A stretch of 64,000 bases of DNA from Octopus sinensis (GCF_006345805.1 NC_043010.1:6510001-6574000), one strand, 5' to 3'; shown: positions 25,947-38,948, counted from the stretch's first letter. Notes: generated from the letters alone by a model not told the origin. Program-made: numbers and translations.

Positions 25947-26349
25947 TATATTGTAAAGTGCTCTTCTTGACTGCACAACTATCAGAGAATTAGATTCACA
26001 ATCACTGGAAAAACTAATTAAATGGTATTAAGTAATTTGTATGGCTGTCTGCACCACAACAATCATTTAAAATGATATCAATATTAGTTTCATATTTTGG
26101 CACAAGGCCAGTAATTTCAGGAGTGTGATTAAGCCAACTATACTGTCCCCAGTGCTCAAAAGGTAGTCAATTATATTGATATTAGACACAGTATGGCTAA
26201 GGGTTTTAAGACCAGATGGTCTTGAATTTGGTCTCACTGCAGGACACCCTGGGTAGTGATTTCTACTATAGACTCCTACTGATTAATAATATAGATACAA
26301 TTTATTGATGTAAACTACAGGTGGCTTGTCTTGTGTGTGTGTGTGTGTA

Positions 26350-26381
<32 letters not shown>

Positions 26382-26426
26382 CATGTGCTTTTATGTATGA
26401 TATACATATATATATATATATATATA

Positions 26427-26858
26427 CTAGCAGCATAGCCCGGCGTTGCACGGGTATGTAAGAGCCCTAGTAGGCAAACGACTAATCCCAATCTAGTCCT
26501 TTCCCTTGAGGGAACGAAGGCGCATGTGTAGGCTGCAATGTCTTCTCTTCATTCGAATACTTTGTGTATAACGATGTTCCTAGCTGTCCCTTTGGCGATA
26601 AAAAGGTCGAGTTGTGTCCCCTAGACAGAAAATGTAAAAAGCTGAGATTCTCGACCCCATGTCGAATTTATCGAGATTTTTCAGAACTGGGGGAGCTTTT
26701 CAAACTTTTTGCTGCGTTAGTTTTGAATTATGACATTGGGCTATGTGTGTGTCAAGTTTCATCAGAATCGGTTGAAAGCCGTGGTCAGGGTGAGGGTACA
26801 ACCTGACAGACACACAGACACACAGACAGACAAACTGCCGTTTATATATATAGAGAGA
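26427..26858 (-). mobile_element. Non-autonomous Helitron, family H3
   Basis: Minus strand A|TCTCTCTATATATATAAACGG...CCCGTGCAACGCCGGGCTATGCTGCTAG|T; interior unrelated to H1. Confidence 0.85.
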
Positions 26859-26865
26859 TATATAA

Positions 26866-27068
26866 TGGAAAGGTTTACGAAAATAAACAAAAGACGAAGG
26901 CAGGTGGAGTACAAACAAACAAATGTATTAGTATGGTGCTCAGGAATAGAAATAGAACAAGTCTTTTACGTTTCGAGCCTACGCTCTTTGACAGAAAGAT
27001 ATACAGAAAAAAAACAATTAGAGAAACAAGGAGAGAAAAAAAATGCTTGTAGGAGCTAACGATCTAAC
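26866..27068 (-). mobile_element. Penelope-like short element P1
   Basis: Near-identical to 38680-38880. Confidence 0.7.
26963..26998 (-). ncRNA. Hammerhead-like motif, U6 variant (also G8 to A)
   Basis: CTTT CTGTCAA A GAGC-GTAG-GCTC GAAAC GTA AAAG. Confidence 0.6.
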
Positions 27069-27201
27069 ATGGTGTATATATATATAAGTATATAATGTCT
27101 TCTCTGATTAAAAGTGAGCTGAAATATTCTGGCCAAATCATGAAAAAGCTATCAATTAAACATGCACTATTTTGATTGTGGCATTGAATATTGTTCAACT
27201 G

Positions 27202-27264
<63 letters not shown>

Positions 27265-27325
27265 ATAGATAAACAGAGATTGAGAGAGAGAATTCCAATC
27301 ACTTGAGTAAAATTCTCTTTCTTTG

Positions 27326-27356
<31 letters not shown>

Positions 27357-28127
27357 CATAACACACTCACATACTTATAAATACATACAGCTGCCTGTAT
27401 TTGTGAGGTCTTCATGCAAAAGCAGACAGTCAGAGACAAATGTCCTCAGTGGTTACTTGACCATTTCCTATTTCACATTTAATTTAACAACCTACTGAAC
27501 ATATATTTAGTTCATTATCAGTATCCAAATATTTCGAGACGAAATTTATTATAATTTCAAGTTTGTTTGTTCAATCATTTATTCATTATTTAAGACAATT
27601 TCCAGAATTTATTAATAACCTTTATTAAGTTTTAAGAAACAAGATTTTCAGCTCCAAATTAGAAATGAAAAACACACACACACAAACACAAACACAGAAC
27701 AAAATAAGAAAAGAAATATGCAACAGAATATAATAAAAGAGTAAATATGAAAGTTTCTCTTCTCTTTCATATTTTAGAATTAGTATTAGTCAGTCACCTC
27801 AGTAACAAGCAGGAAGATAATTGGGGAGAGATTTAAAGATTTCTTGCAATCAGTGGCCTATGGCTCCATTCATACTACTGTCATTATTTTCATATTTTTC
27901 CTTCCCCATATTTCCTTATCTCTGCATCTCCTTGTCACTTTTCTCATACATATTAATTCCTACATCTTTTTTTTTCTTTCTTTTCTTTCTCTCTCTCTCT
28001 CTTTCTTTCTCTCAATCTCTCAGCTTCTTTCGATATCGACATATGTCAATTTGTGGCATATATAAGTGATACTGAAACAGAGCGCGCTGAACATTATAAT
28101 AAGGTAAATTGTTAGTATTGAAATAAG

Positions 28128-28700
28128 AATGATGATGATGACGACGACGATGATGACGACGACGACGATGATGACGACGACGATGATGACGACGACGATG
28201 ACGACGACGACGATGACGACGATGACGATGATGACGACGACGATGATGACGACAACGATGATGACGACGACGATGATGACGACGACGATGACGACGACGA
28301 CGATGATGACGACGACGATGACGACGACGACGATGATGACGACGACGATGATGACGACGACGATGATGACGACGACGATGATTATGATGATGATTATGAT
28401 GATGACGACGACGACGATGATGACGACGACGATGATGACGACGACGATGACGACGACGACGATGATGACGACGACGATGATGACGACGACGATGACGACG
28501 ACGACGATGATTATGATGATGATTATGATGATGATGACAACGACGATGACGATGATGGTGATAATGGTGATGATGATGATGATGATGATGATGACGGTGA
28601 TGATGGTGATGATGATGATGATGATGACGATGGTGATGATGATGATGGTGGTGGTGGTGGTGGTGGTGGTGGTGGTGATGATGGTGACGATGATGATTAC
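28128..28700. repeat. Compound (GAT/GAC)n microsatellite
   Basis: Direct inspection; source of the poly-Met/Thr and Ile/Val ORFs. Confidence 0.95.
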
Positions 28701-29335
28701 GATTAATAAGTAGAATATAATATAGGAAACTAGAAGGAGAAAGAGACCTTCGCGAATAGCACAGGGCTTATTCACTGATTTTTATGCAGATACAGAAATA
28801 CACACATATTTACATCTATACTTGCACACATGCATTTACACACACACACATGCACACACACACACACATGCATGCACAGACACATGCACACACACACACA
28901 CATGTACAAACACATGTATACATCTATGCATATATAAGTATAAATCCTCTCAGGTAGATGACTCTGCTCAATCTGTAGGAAAGGTGTATGCAGAAATTCC
29001 TTAAGGTGTACCCAGTGTAAGCTATGGACACATAAGAGGTGTAACAATATCAGAGGAAGATTAACTGGAAAACCCAGTTTTTATGCGTAGAAGGTGCTCA
29101 AGTACAAATCAACACTAAAAATGTACAGAAAATAGACTCCATCAAATGCCGGGAGGAGAAACTAGAAGTAATTGATAGCTTCCATTACCTCAGTGACCAA
29201 GTCTGTAGCAGAAGTTGATGCTCCGAGAACATAGCTGCTAGAATAAGAATAGGTTGGGCAAAGTTCAGAGAGCTCTTACCTTTGTTGGTAACAAAGGGTC
29301 TCTCCCTCAGAGTGAAAGGCAGATTGCATGATACC

Positions 29336-29557
29336 TATTTCTTTACTACCCACCCTCAAGGGGCTAAACACAGAAGGGACAAACAAGGACAGACAAACGG
29401 ATTAAGTCGATTATATCGACCCCAGTGCATAACTGGTACTCATTTAATCAACCCCGAAAGGATGAAAGGCAAAGTTGACCGCGACGGAATTTGAACTCAG
29501 AACGTTACTACCGATGAAATACTGCTGAGCATTTCGCTCTGCATGCTAACGATTCTG
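29336..29557 (-). mobile_element. SINE-B, 5' truncated, inserted in the RTE ORF
   Basis: TSD ATGATACC at 29328-29335 and 29559-29566. Confidence 0.9.
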
Positions 29558-29875
29558 TATGATACCTGTGTGCAAACAGCCATGTAACATAGCAGTGAAA
29601 CATGGGCTGTGACTGCTGAGGACATGTGTAGGCTTGAAAGAAATGAAGCTAGAATGCTTTGCTGGATGTGCAATGTCTCTGTGCATGCATAACAGTGTGT
29701 AAACGTCTTGAGAGTAAAGCTGGGCATAAGAGGCATCAGATGTGGCGTACAAGAAAGACGACTGTGTTGGTATGGTCATGTGGTGCTTATTGATGTGGAC
29801 AGCTTTATATTGAAGTGCTGATCTCTACCAGTGGAAGGAAGCTGTGGAAGAGGGAGACCCAGGAAGACATGGGAC

Positions 29876-30107
29876 AAGGCGGTGAGCTGGCAGAAACGTT
29901 AGCATGCCGGGCGAAATGCTTAGCGGTATTTCGTCTGCATTACGTTGTGAGTTGAAATTCCGCCAAGGTCAACTTTGTCTTTCATCCTTTCGGGGTCGAT
30001 AAATTAAGTACCAGTTGCACTCTGGGGTCGATGTAATCGACTTAATACCTATGTCTGTCCTTGTTTGTCCCCTCTGTGTTTAGCCCCTTGTGGGTAGTAA
30101 AGAAATA
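29876..30107 (+). mobile_element. SINE-B inserted in the RTE ORF
   Basis: Consensus match; RTE reading resumes immediately after it. Confidence 0.9.
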
Positions 30108-30451
30108 GGTAAAGCATGATCTTCCAATATTGAGTCTCACAAAGGCAATGACTAATGACTGAGATGCTTGGCTATGTGCCGTGTTTGAGAAGACCTGTCA
30201 AGCCAAGTGAAATTGTAGTCATGACAGAGAATGGTGTCATGCAGCTGGCACCTGTACCAGTGGCATATAAAAACATCCATTACATTCTCAGAGTGGTTGG
30301 CATTTGGAAGGGCATCCAGCTATAGAAAACATGCCAAATGAGACTGGAGTCTAGTGCAGCCTCTCAGCTTACCAGCCCGGTTCAAACCATCCAGCCCATG
30401 TCACCATGGACAACAGTGCATGTGTGTGTGTATGTATGCATGTCTGTATAG

Positions 30452-30498
<47 letters not shown>

Positions 30499-30566
30499 CA
30501 TGTGTTTTTGTATGGATATTCAGAGATCTATCTATCTATCTATCTATCTATCTAATCTATCTATCC

Positions 30567-30599
<33 letters not shown>

Positions 30600-30730
30600 G
30601 ATATATATACCAGCCGAATTGCGAGGATGATCCGTTCTTGACTGAAGATTAGAGGCTTCGAATGACCCGTTCGTTTTTTGTGTCATCTATTTGAGTGTTT
30701 TGCGTTCTTGTCCCATTTTGTATTTTTATA

Positions 30731-30789
<59 letters not shown>

Positions 30790-30797
30790 TTGCTGCG

Positions 30798-31162
30798 AAG
30801 ACATGTTGGGGCAAGCGAAATCGAATTGAACGAGCCGGATCCCTGGTCTGGTGATACGTAAAAAGCACTATCGACTCGTGGCCAATGCCAGCGCCGCCTC
30901 GACTGGCTTCCGTGCCGGTGGCCACATAAATACACCAATCCGACCGTGGCCGTTGCCAGCCTCGCCTGGCACCTGTGCAGGTGGCACGTAAAAAGCACCC
31001 ACTACACTCACGGAGTGGTTGGCGTTAGGAAGGGCATCCAGCTGTAGAAACATTGCCAGATAAGACTGGAGCCTGGTGCAGCCTTCTGGCTTCCCAGATC
31101 CCCGGTTGAACCGTCCAACCCATGCTAGCATGGAGAACGGACGTTAAACGATGATGATGATG
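30798..31162 (+). mobile_element. RTE-3'UTR-derived element
   Basis: Near-identical to 23048-23400; ends in (GAT)n. Confidence 0.85.
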
Positions 31163-31534
31163 ATATATATATATATCTTTATAAGTGACTAGTCGCAATA
31201 TAAACCCAAAAGGCAGGAGTACAAATTGTCACTAAATTGACTACGGGTGCAAGTCAGCACCATCATTGCCAGAAATAAGAGTTAAAACAACACTTAGTTA
31301 CAGCCAGATCACTATCTGTTGACTGACAAGGGAGACTGCCACCCTACAGCAAGTGAGAGCATCAGATCACCAGCGATTTTGGATAGAATTAATCCTCATC
31401 AGTGACACTACTCTAATGCCTAGGGTTAAGCTAACTCACCTTGTCAGTTTATAGAAAATACCATAGGAATCAGTGCTGATTCCATAAAATGGTAAAGTAA
31501 AGTTATAGATTATTAGTAAAGTGAGCTAACTGCA

Positions 31535-31580
<46 letters not shown>

Positions 31581-31926
31581 TATATATATATCTGCAAATA
31601 AATGAATTGTTCCATCCTGTATATCCAGCATAGATAATTGCATATCTATAAATATATACGCATACACACAATAGCAAGTTATCCAAAGTTTTGCAACCTC
31701 TTTGCCAAATTACCAAACACTGTACCTGTATAAAAAAAATGACAAATTTTGCAATAAAATTTTACTTCATTTGAATATCTCCTCATTAATATAACATTAA
31801 AATTGGTTTAAAATTAAAATCCAAGAATACTGGAGGTTACCTGTATCTGGAAAAGTAAGACAATGAAAAGAAAATTAGAAGAATGATAAAGTATATTTGC
31901 CATGAGGAGTGTAGAATATAGTATTT

Positions 31927-32214
31927 GGATCTTTTCTAAAAGATGGACAGAATTTCTACTTAAGTAAATAATTTGAAACTTCGTATACTGGTAGAATGTG
32001 TCAAAAGAAAACATTAATTTCAATTAGTTTTTTTGAGAAAATTGTATTTTGTAACTTTTACGTAGTTTAATTCTTTGAATTTTAACCAATAAAATCCCAG
32101 CATTTGAGCTAAATTAATTGAAATTAATGTTTTCTTTTGACACATTCTACCAGTATACGAAGTTTCAAATTATTTAGTTAAGTAGAAATTCTGTCTATCT
32201 TTTAGAAAAGATCC
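31927..32214. repeat. Inverted repeat, 100-bp arms, 88-bp spacer
   Basis: 31927-32026 versus 32115-32214; two mismatches seen. Confidence 0.9.
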
Positions 32215-33075
32215 TAGTATTTCTTTCCTTTGATTTTCTATCTGAGAGTGTGGAAAATAAGGATAAAACTGAAGTTGTAGATTGCTTTGGTAGAAGATAG
32301 GGACTGAATCTTTAAGCCTGAAATTCTTCATTGAATATTCTGGTATTTATAAAGTTTTATTTAAAGTTCTTTCTCACAGAGTTGAATATACAAAGATAAA
32401 CTATAAGTCGGAAGAATGTTCACCTCGAAGATGTCGGATAATTATAGAAAATAAATCTGGAAACAACGCATGCTAAACAAGAACAACAACCACCCAAAAT
32501 ACTTAAATAAACTCTGCACTGACACTCTTCCAAATGTTATTTCAAAGATTTATACTATTTAAAAATCAAAGTCACCAAAAAGCTGGTTACTTTTTCCTTA
32601 AGAATCCATTATTAAATATCACAAAATTTTATTGATCAGTTTCAATGAAAAAAAATAAATAGGAAAAAAATAACAACAAAAACAAATAGCATTGAGACTT
32701 ATATTGTGGATAAAGCCAGTAGCTAAAGATAGTAAAACTACCGAAAGAAATTTATAAAATCACTGGCTGCTTAAAGATTATACCTTCTCTGTACGAACTG
32801 TCTAAATTAGTTACCACAAATCTACTTCCAAAGTCACTGGAGCGTGGAAAAGAAGTTAAAGTAATGTTGTAAAACCCTATTGAAAGTATTAGTGAGTTGC
32901 AGGGTGCCGGCATGGCTGTGTGGTTGGGAATTTTACTTCACAATATCATGGGCCTGGAGTCAATGTAAACTGCTCAGAGGATGTATCTTCTCACATAGCT
33001 TTGAGTTAATTGGCAATTTGTGAATGGAATTCGGTGCTTGGAAACTGCCATTTAAAGGTGTGTGCTGTGTGTGTG

Positions 33076-33113
<38 letters not shown>

Positions 33114-33390
33114 ACACGTGCACTGTGTGGGTGTGTCTCTGTGCGTGTATATATTATGTATATAATATATATATACATTCATATGTATGTGTGTATGTGT
33201 CTAAATATGTGTGTGTTTGAGCGTGCATATATACATACATACATACCTACATATATAATAATATATATATATATCTATATATATTATATATATATATATA
33301 TATATGTAGTATATATGTATGTATATATGAATATAAATATATATATATATAGAGAGATTGATATATATATAAATATAGATAGATAGATAG

Positions 33391-33432
<42 letters not shown>

Positions 33433-33730
33433 CTAGTTAATACATAACCTGCCAGTTTTTTTGTGACTTCACAGACTGTTTAGTCAATATTAAACTATAT
33501 TAGTTTGGTGGAATTTCAGTCTGGCATTCACTAGTATGGTACCTGTTACCAAGAAGGTGCAAATTACACTAAAGTCATAACTGTCCTGTCCACTGGTGCT
33601 GAAAGAATTTCGTCTGCCAATATAATCTGTGCTTAATATCTTCTAAGAGATAATTTCTCATGATGATAATTGCAATTTGTAATATTTAGAACAAGTTAAG
33701 TTGGATGTGTAAATATATATATATATATAT

Positions 33731-34182
33731 ATGGAGAGAAGACGGGAGAGGTATGCAGTAATATATGACTGGAAGATCCTGGAAGGAATTGTGCCAAATT
33801 TTGGCATTGTAAGCTACACCAATGCTAGAACGGGACGTCACTGCATAGTGCCAGAGATCCCAGCAATGCCATCACGATTCAGGACCCAAGTTTCTGCAAT
33901 AGCCTGGGTTTCAAGGGCCCACAGCTTTTTAATATTCTCCAAAGAGTCTGGGAACTTGCACAAAGTAGATGTAGCGGTTTTTAAATCAAAGCTGGACATC
34001 TTCCTGTCGAGAGTCCCAGATGAACCTACCTCACGGCAAGAGGTGCAATTGAGGTAGCTGTATCAAACTCCATTCTTCACCAAGTGCCACATATTAGACG
34101 AGGTTCGTCGTAATAACTGTGTAGCACAAAACGGCGGTGCATCAGCATGGCCGCAGCTCTGAGCTGAAACTAGAAAAAAAAA
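33731..34182 (+). mobile_element. 5'-truncated CR1/L2-group LINE 3' end in (TA)n
   Basis: ERRRERYAVIYDWKILEGIVPN...GRHC.VP...FKSKLDIFLSRVPDEP, typical of an invertebrate CR1-like ORF2 end; A-rich tail. Confidence 0.75.
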
Positions 34183-35011
34183 TATATATATATATATATA
34201 TCCAAACTAACATATGTTTTATACTGTTTATAAGTGTTGAATGTGTATTGTATGCTACAAATAAGATGATAATAATTTAGATAATTTACCCAATATTTCA
34301 GCAATTCTAACAACATTTCTGCATTCAAAGAAAATTATTTTCTCATTTGTATCATATAATACACATTTCAATGCTTACAAAAAAACAAAACAAATGTTAG
34401 TTTGTTTATATTTATATACACATATTTGTGCATTTAGCTTCATAGTGTCTAAATTTTTGAATAAATTTCTCAGTGGGCAGTTTGCTTGCACTAAAAAGTT
34501 CAAGCCACAACAAAACAAAATAAACAAACATGTCAGTTCAACATTATTCAACATGTTTTCTAAGTCGGGCAATTTAAGAAGAGCTGGTAAGCTAGGAAAC
34601 TGCATCAAGTTAAAGTATCTGCTTTGGCAGGGTTTTGATGGCTGGATGCTCTTCCTAACACCAACTGCCCCACAGAATGTTCTGGGTAGTTTTTGTGTAG
34701 CACCAGCACCAGTGAGGTCACCATGTAACTTGCAAGACAAGCCCCCCCCCACTCCTGCAACTGAGATGGGAGAAGTGTTGTGGAAGGTGGGTTTTTATGC
34801 CAGATGATGGGATACAAAAGTATGACAGAGGGATGGAAAAAGGTGTTTTGCTGTAGGAAAGATACATGGTTAGCCCTGTTGGAAAATTGAGATGATGGTG
34901 AAGGCATGTCAGGATGTAACCCCAGTTACAGGAAGGTGAATACAAGCGCAGGCTTTGTGGATAGGTTAGGTGATGTTCCTTGCTTTACATAGTAGATTAT
35001 CACATCATATA

Positions 35012-35421
35012 CTCCCTTTTACTCTTTTACTTGTTTCAGTCATTTGACTGCGGCCATGCTGGAGCACCGCCTTTAGTCGAGCAAATCGACCCCGGGACTT
35101 ATTCTTTGTAAGCCCAGTACTTATTCTATCGGTCTCTTTTGCCGAACCGCTAAGTAACAGGGACATAAATACACCAGCATCGGTTGTCAAGCAATGCTAG
35201 GGGGACAAACACACACACACAAACATACACACACACATATATATATATATACATATATATGACAGGCTTCTTTCAGTTTCCGTCTACCAAATCCACTCAC
35301 AAGGCTTGGTCGGCCCGAGGCTATAGCAGAAGAGACTTGCCCAAGATGCCACGCAGTGGGACTGAACCCGGAACCATGTGGTTGGTTAGCAAGCTACTTA
35401 CCACACAGCCACTCCTGCGCC
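35012..35421 (-). mobile_element. SINE-A, full length
   Basis: Consensus match. Confidence 0.9.
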
Positions 35422-35904
35422 CTGAAATATATGTTCACATCATATGACTGGAATATTTTAGATATCCAGTATAGAAATATAGAAATATTAGAAAATTGAG
35501 TTAAATTTAAATTGTAGTTTTGAAGAATGACAACAAGGAAATCCAGTTCAATGAAGTGATTATTGACTTTGATTTCCTGATTTAGTGAAGCGATCATTTG
35601 TTGTGATTTGTTCCCAGATTGTAGGCAGGTGCACAGTTTTTGAAGAAAGCCCCAAATAGAACTGGAATCAGTTGGATGGATAGTACTTCTTTCGGTCTTT
35701 AGAGAGGTTGTTAAAACATTTGCTTAATGTTTGTTCGGTGTATTCAATAACACATCATAAAAAAGGAAAAGGAAAAGGTAAAACAAGATAATTGTCCTAC
35801 TTGTACAATTCACAGAGAGTAATCACTATCATACGGTGCCAATATCCAAAACACACTGCTTTGTGCACCAGAGTTGATCTTAGGGTAGTCAACAGAAACA
35901 ACGA

Positions 35905-36045
35905 ATACAGCAATTGGAGTAGCAACAGCAGCAGCAGCAGCAGTAGCAGAAAAAGAAGAAGAAGAAGAAGAAGAAGAAGAAGAAGGAGGAGGAGGAGGAG
36001 GAGAAGGAGGAGGAAGAGGAGGAATAACAATAATAGCATCACTCT
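35905..36045. repeat. (AGC)n-(AGA)n-(AGG)n compound microsatellite
   Basis: Direct inspection. Confidence 0.9.
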
Positions 36046-36081
36046 TCGTAGAATGATATTCTTGCAGAATGATATTCTTGC

Positions 36082-36327
36082 GGCGAGCTGGCTAAGGCGG
36101 TGAGCTGGCAGAAACGTTAGCAGACTGGGCAAAATGCGTAGCTGTATTTTGTCTGCTCTTACGTTCTGAGTTCAAATTCCGCTGAGGTCGACTTTGCCTT
36201 TCATCCTTTTGGGGTTAATAAATTAAGTAGCAGTTACGCACTTGGGTCGATGTAATCGACTTAATCCCTTCGTCTGTCCTTTTTTTGTTCCCTCTGTATT
36301 TAGCCCCTTGTGGGTAATAAAGAAATA
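36082..36327 (+). mobile_element. SINE-B
   Basis: TSD GATATTCTTGCAG (36055) / GGTATTCTTGCAG (36328). Confidence 0.88.
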
Positions 36328-36534
36328 GGTATTCTTGCAGATTAGGTGGAAGAAACTTGTATCAGGTGAGGCTCATAGGTACAGACATGGCCATGTGCCT
36401 AAGAAAGTTGCTTCCCATGCATGTGATCTTGAAATCAGTCCCACTATGTGACACCTTGCCAAAGTTTCTACTATAACTTTGAGCCTGACCAAAGCCTTGT
36501 GAGTGGATTTGGTAGATGGAAACTGAAAGAAGTC

Positions 36535-36574
<40 letters not shown>

Positions 36575-36576
<2 letters not shown>

Positions 36577-36756
36577 AGTGAGAATTTACAAAAAAACAAA
36601 AGACGAAGACAGGTGTGTAAACAACAAACAGATGTATTAGTTTAATGCTCAGGAAGTGAGAAAGTCTTTTATGTTTCGAGCCTACGCTCTTCGACAGAAA
36701 GGAACACAGAAATAAATGGGGAGGAAATAAAAATGGCTTAGTGGCTAGTGATCTAT
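36575..36756 (-). mobile_element. Penelope-like short element P1
   Basis: Homologous to 13949 and 51500; TA arrays on both sides. Confidence 0.7.
36666..36701 (-). ncRNA. Hammerhead-like motif, U6 variant
   Basis: CTTT CTGTCGA A GAGC-GTAG-GCTC GAAAC ATA AAAG. Confidence 0.6.
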
Positions 36757-36793
36757 AATGGTACATATATATATATATATGTATATATACCAT

Positions 36794-36832
<39 letters not shown>

Positions 36833-37489
36833 ATGTATATGTATATGTATATATATGTATATATATTTCTATATGTATATGTATATATATGTATGTGTAT
36901 ATATATGTATATATTTCTGTATGTATGTTTCTTTATATACATATATATGTATATCTCTGTGTATTTGTGTTTGTTAACTATTACCCCTTGCCAGCAGATG
37001 TTGGTTTGTTTATGTCACTATAACTTAGCAGTTCAGCAAAAGAGACCAGCAGATTAAGTATCAAGCTTAAAAGACATAAGTATTTAGGGTCAATTTGTTT
37101 GCCTAAATATTTCAAAACAGTACCCCAGCATGGCCGTGGTCTGATGACTAAATATATTGTAGAATATAACTATTTCCATCAAATAATTAAGTCTTGAAAT
37201 TTCAAATGTATTTGAACCAACATTACAACTAACTTAACTGCTTTCTGTATCCTTAATGATAAACGTTGCAAGCATTTTCAAAGGAACAAACACAATATTT
37301 ATGCACATCAAGTAATTTATCGACTAAGAAATATTTTTTTAACGAGCTTAGAAACATATGAGAATCAAATTATTTGATATTTCATCTATTCTAAATTAGA
37401 CTCAGTGTCTTCAACGATAGCTTCAAGTTGAATAAATGCATTGTGAGTGGAATTTACTTGCCAGAAGCCTGTCGTGCTGAAATGTGTGA

Positions 37490-37524
<35 letters not shown>

Positions 37525-37766
37525 GTATGTGTGTATGTATGTATATATTTATATATATACAACACATATGTATATATATATAGATATGTATAAGTATATG
37601 TATGCATATATAGTGTTATTATGTGTGTATATATATATGTATATATATATATCTATATATCTATATATATATCTATATATATATATATATTATATATATA
37701 TTATAAATATATAGATATATATATATAGATAGATAGATAGTAGATATAGATACATATATATATATA

Positions 37767-37806
<40 letters not shown>

Positions 37807-37924
37807 AGATATATAAAAAATATAAATGTATCTATATATATATATATATATATATGAGAATTTTTTGCGTAATGAGATAAAAAAACAAGGCTGTGGAGAT
37901 ATTAGAACATTTATAGAGAGACGG

Positions 37925-37975
37925 TCTTACAGCTGTTTCTAAAATATTAATTAATTACTTCCCTTCATCGGAGAT
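37925..37975 (-). ncRNA. Degenerate type-I hammerhead-like motif
   Basis: ATCT CCGATGA A GGGAAG...TTTTA GAAAC AGCT GTA AGAC; U4 to C, weak stem II, palindromic CAGCTG stem III. Confidence 0.5.
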
Positions 37976-38043
37976 GGTGTGAGAGGATGGTTAATAATAG
38001 TTAATTTAGATAGGATACAAAATAGAGAGTGAGGTGGAGGAAA

Positions 38044-38239
38044 GAAAATAGATATGAGATATGTAGGGATATTGAATTTGCAGATCCATTTTTTAGGCAG
38101 AATGGTATACGTGTAAGATTCCAATACCTTATGAGTAAAATCCAACACTGTAAGGTATTGGAATCTTACATATATACCATTCTGCCTAAAAAATGGATCT
38201 ACAAATTCAATATCCCTACATATCTCATATCTATTTTTC
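38044..38239. repeat. Fold-back inverted repeat, about 88-bp arms, 19-nt loop
   Basis: 38044-38131 versus 38151-38239; three substitutions and one indel seen. Confidence 0.92.
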
Positions 38240-38679
38240 TTTCCTTAATTTTTATTTTTTCATGTTTTTATTTTTATTAATTTTATTTGAATTACATTAT
38301 GGCTTTCATGGTAAGGTCTGGCGAATCTATTTACACATACAAATACTTATCTGTTAAAATTAAAATAGAGTATTTATTATCGAACTATGATAAGGTTATT
38401 TAGGGGCCTGATGATTGGGGTTACATTCTAAGAAATATTCCGGTAAAACACTGTGTGCTTAAGGAACCTTGAAAGAACCTCAAGAAACATGTGTAGCAGA
38501 GAAATGAGTGGTAAGTATTAAATTAAAATTCTTTTATATGGTGTGATGATGGGGACTACTATCTCTAAATGACATATATATTTACTCATAGAGAATAATT
38601 TGAACCCCTGTGATGCCGGAATTTTTATTCCCTAATAAATAAAATAAAATAATTATATATAAATATATATATATATAAA

Positions 38680-38880
38680 ACGGGAGGGTTTACGAAAATA
38701 AACAAAAGACGAAGGCAGGTGGAGTACAAACAAACAAATGTATTAGTATGGCGCTCAGGAATAGAAATAGAAAAAGTCTTTAACGTTTCGAGCCTACGCT
38801 CTTCAACAGAAAGATACACAGAAAAGAAACACGGAGAGAAACAAGGAGAGAAAAAAAAAGCTTGTAGGAGCTAACGATCA
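38680..38880 (-). mobile_element. Penelope-like short element P1
   Basis: Near-identical to 26866-27068. Confidence 0.7.
38778..38813 (-). ncRNA. Hammerhead-like motif, U6 variant
   Basis: CTTT CTGTTGA A GAGC-GTAG-GCTC GAAAC GTT AAAG. Confidence 0.65.
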
Positions 38881-38948
38881 TAAAAAAAATAAAAAGTAAA
38901 AAGTAAAAGAGTCAAAAGGAAGAGTAAGTACGGTTAGGCAGCTTTTAA

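Larger units (their letters stand above)
28942..30418 (+). mobile_element. Decayed 5'-truncated RTE-clade LINE interrupted by two SINE-B copies
   Basis: After removing the SINEs it reads CSICRKG..RCTQCKLWTHKRC...RIRIGWAKFRELLPLL..KGRL.DTCV..SSETWAV..RLERNEARML...RRLCWYGHV...GRGRPRKTWD...KHDL, then a 3' UTR with the family motif. Confidence 0.85.
36382..37145 (+). mobile_element. Old diverged SINE-A-like element with a P1 element inside its TA tract
   Basis: Diverged head and body at 36382-36535; tail at 36955-37145. Confidence 0.65.

Noticed and set aside
28020-28775. Poly-Ile/Val and poly-Met/Thr ORFs (also 54208-54544, 56750-57218, 61231-62181)
   Set aside because: Tri- and tetranucleotide microsatellites; no non-repetitive coding context.
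30600-30735. Short TA-flanked element with CTGAAGA...TTCGAAT
   Set aside because: May be a Penelope-like fragment, but stem II, GAAA and stem I cannot be drawn convincingly.
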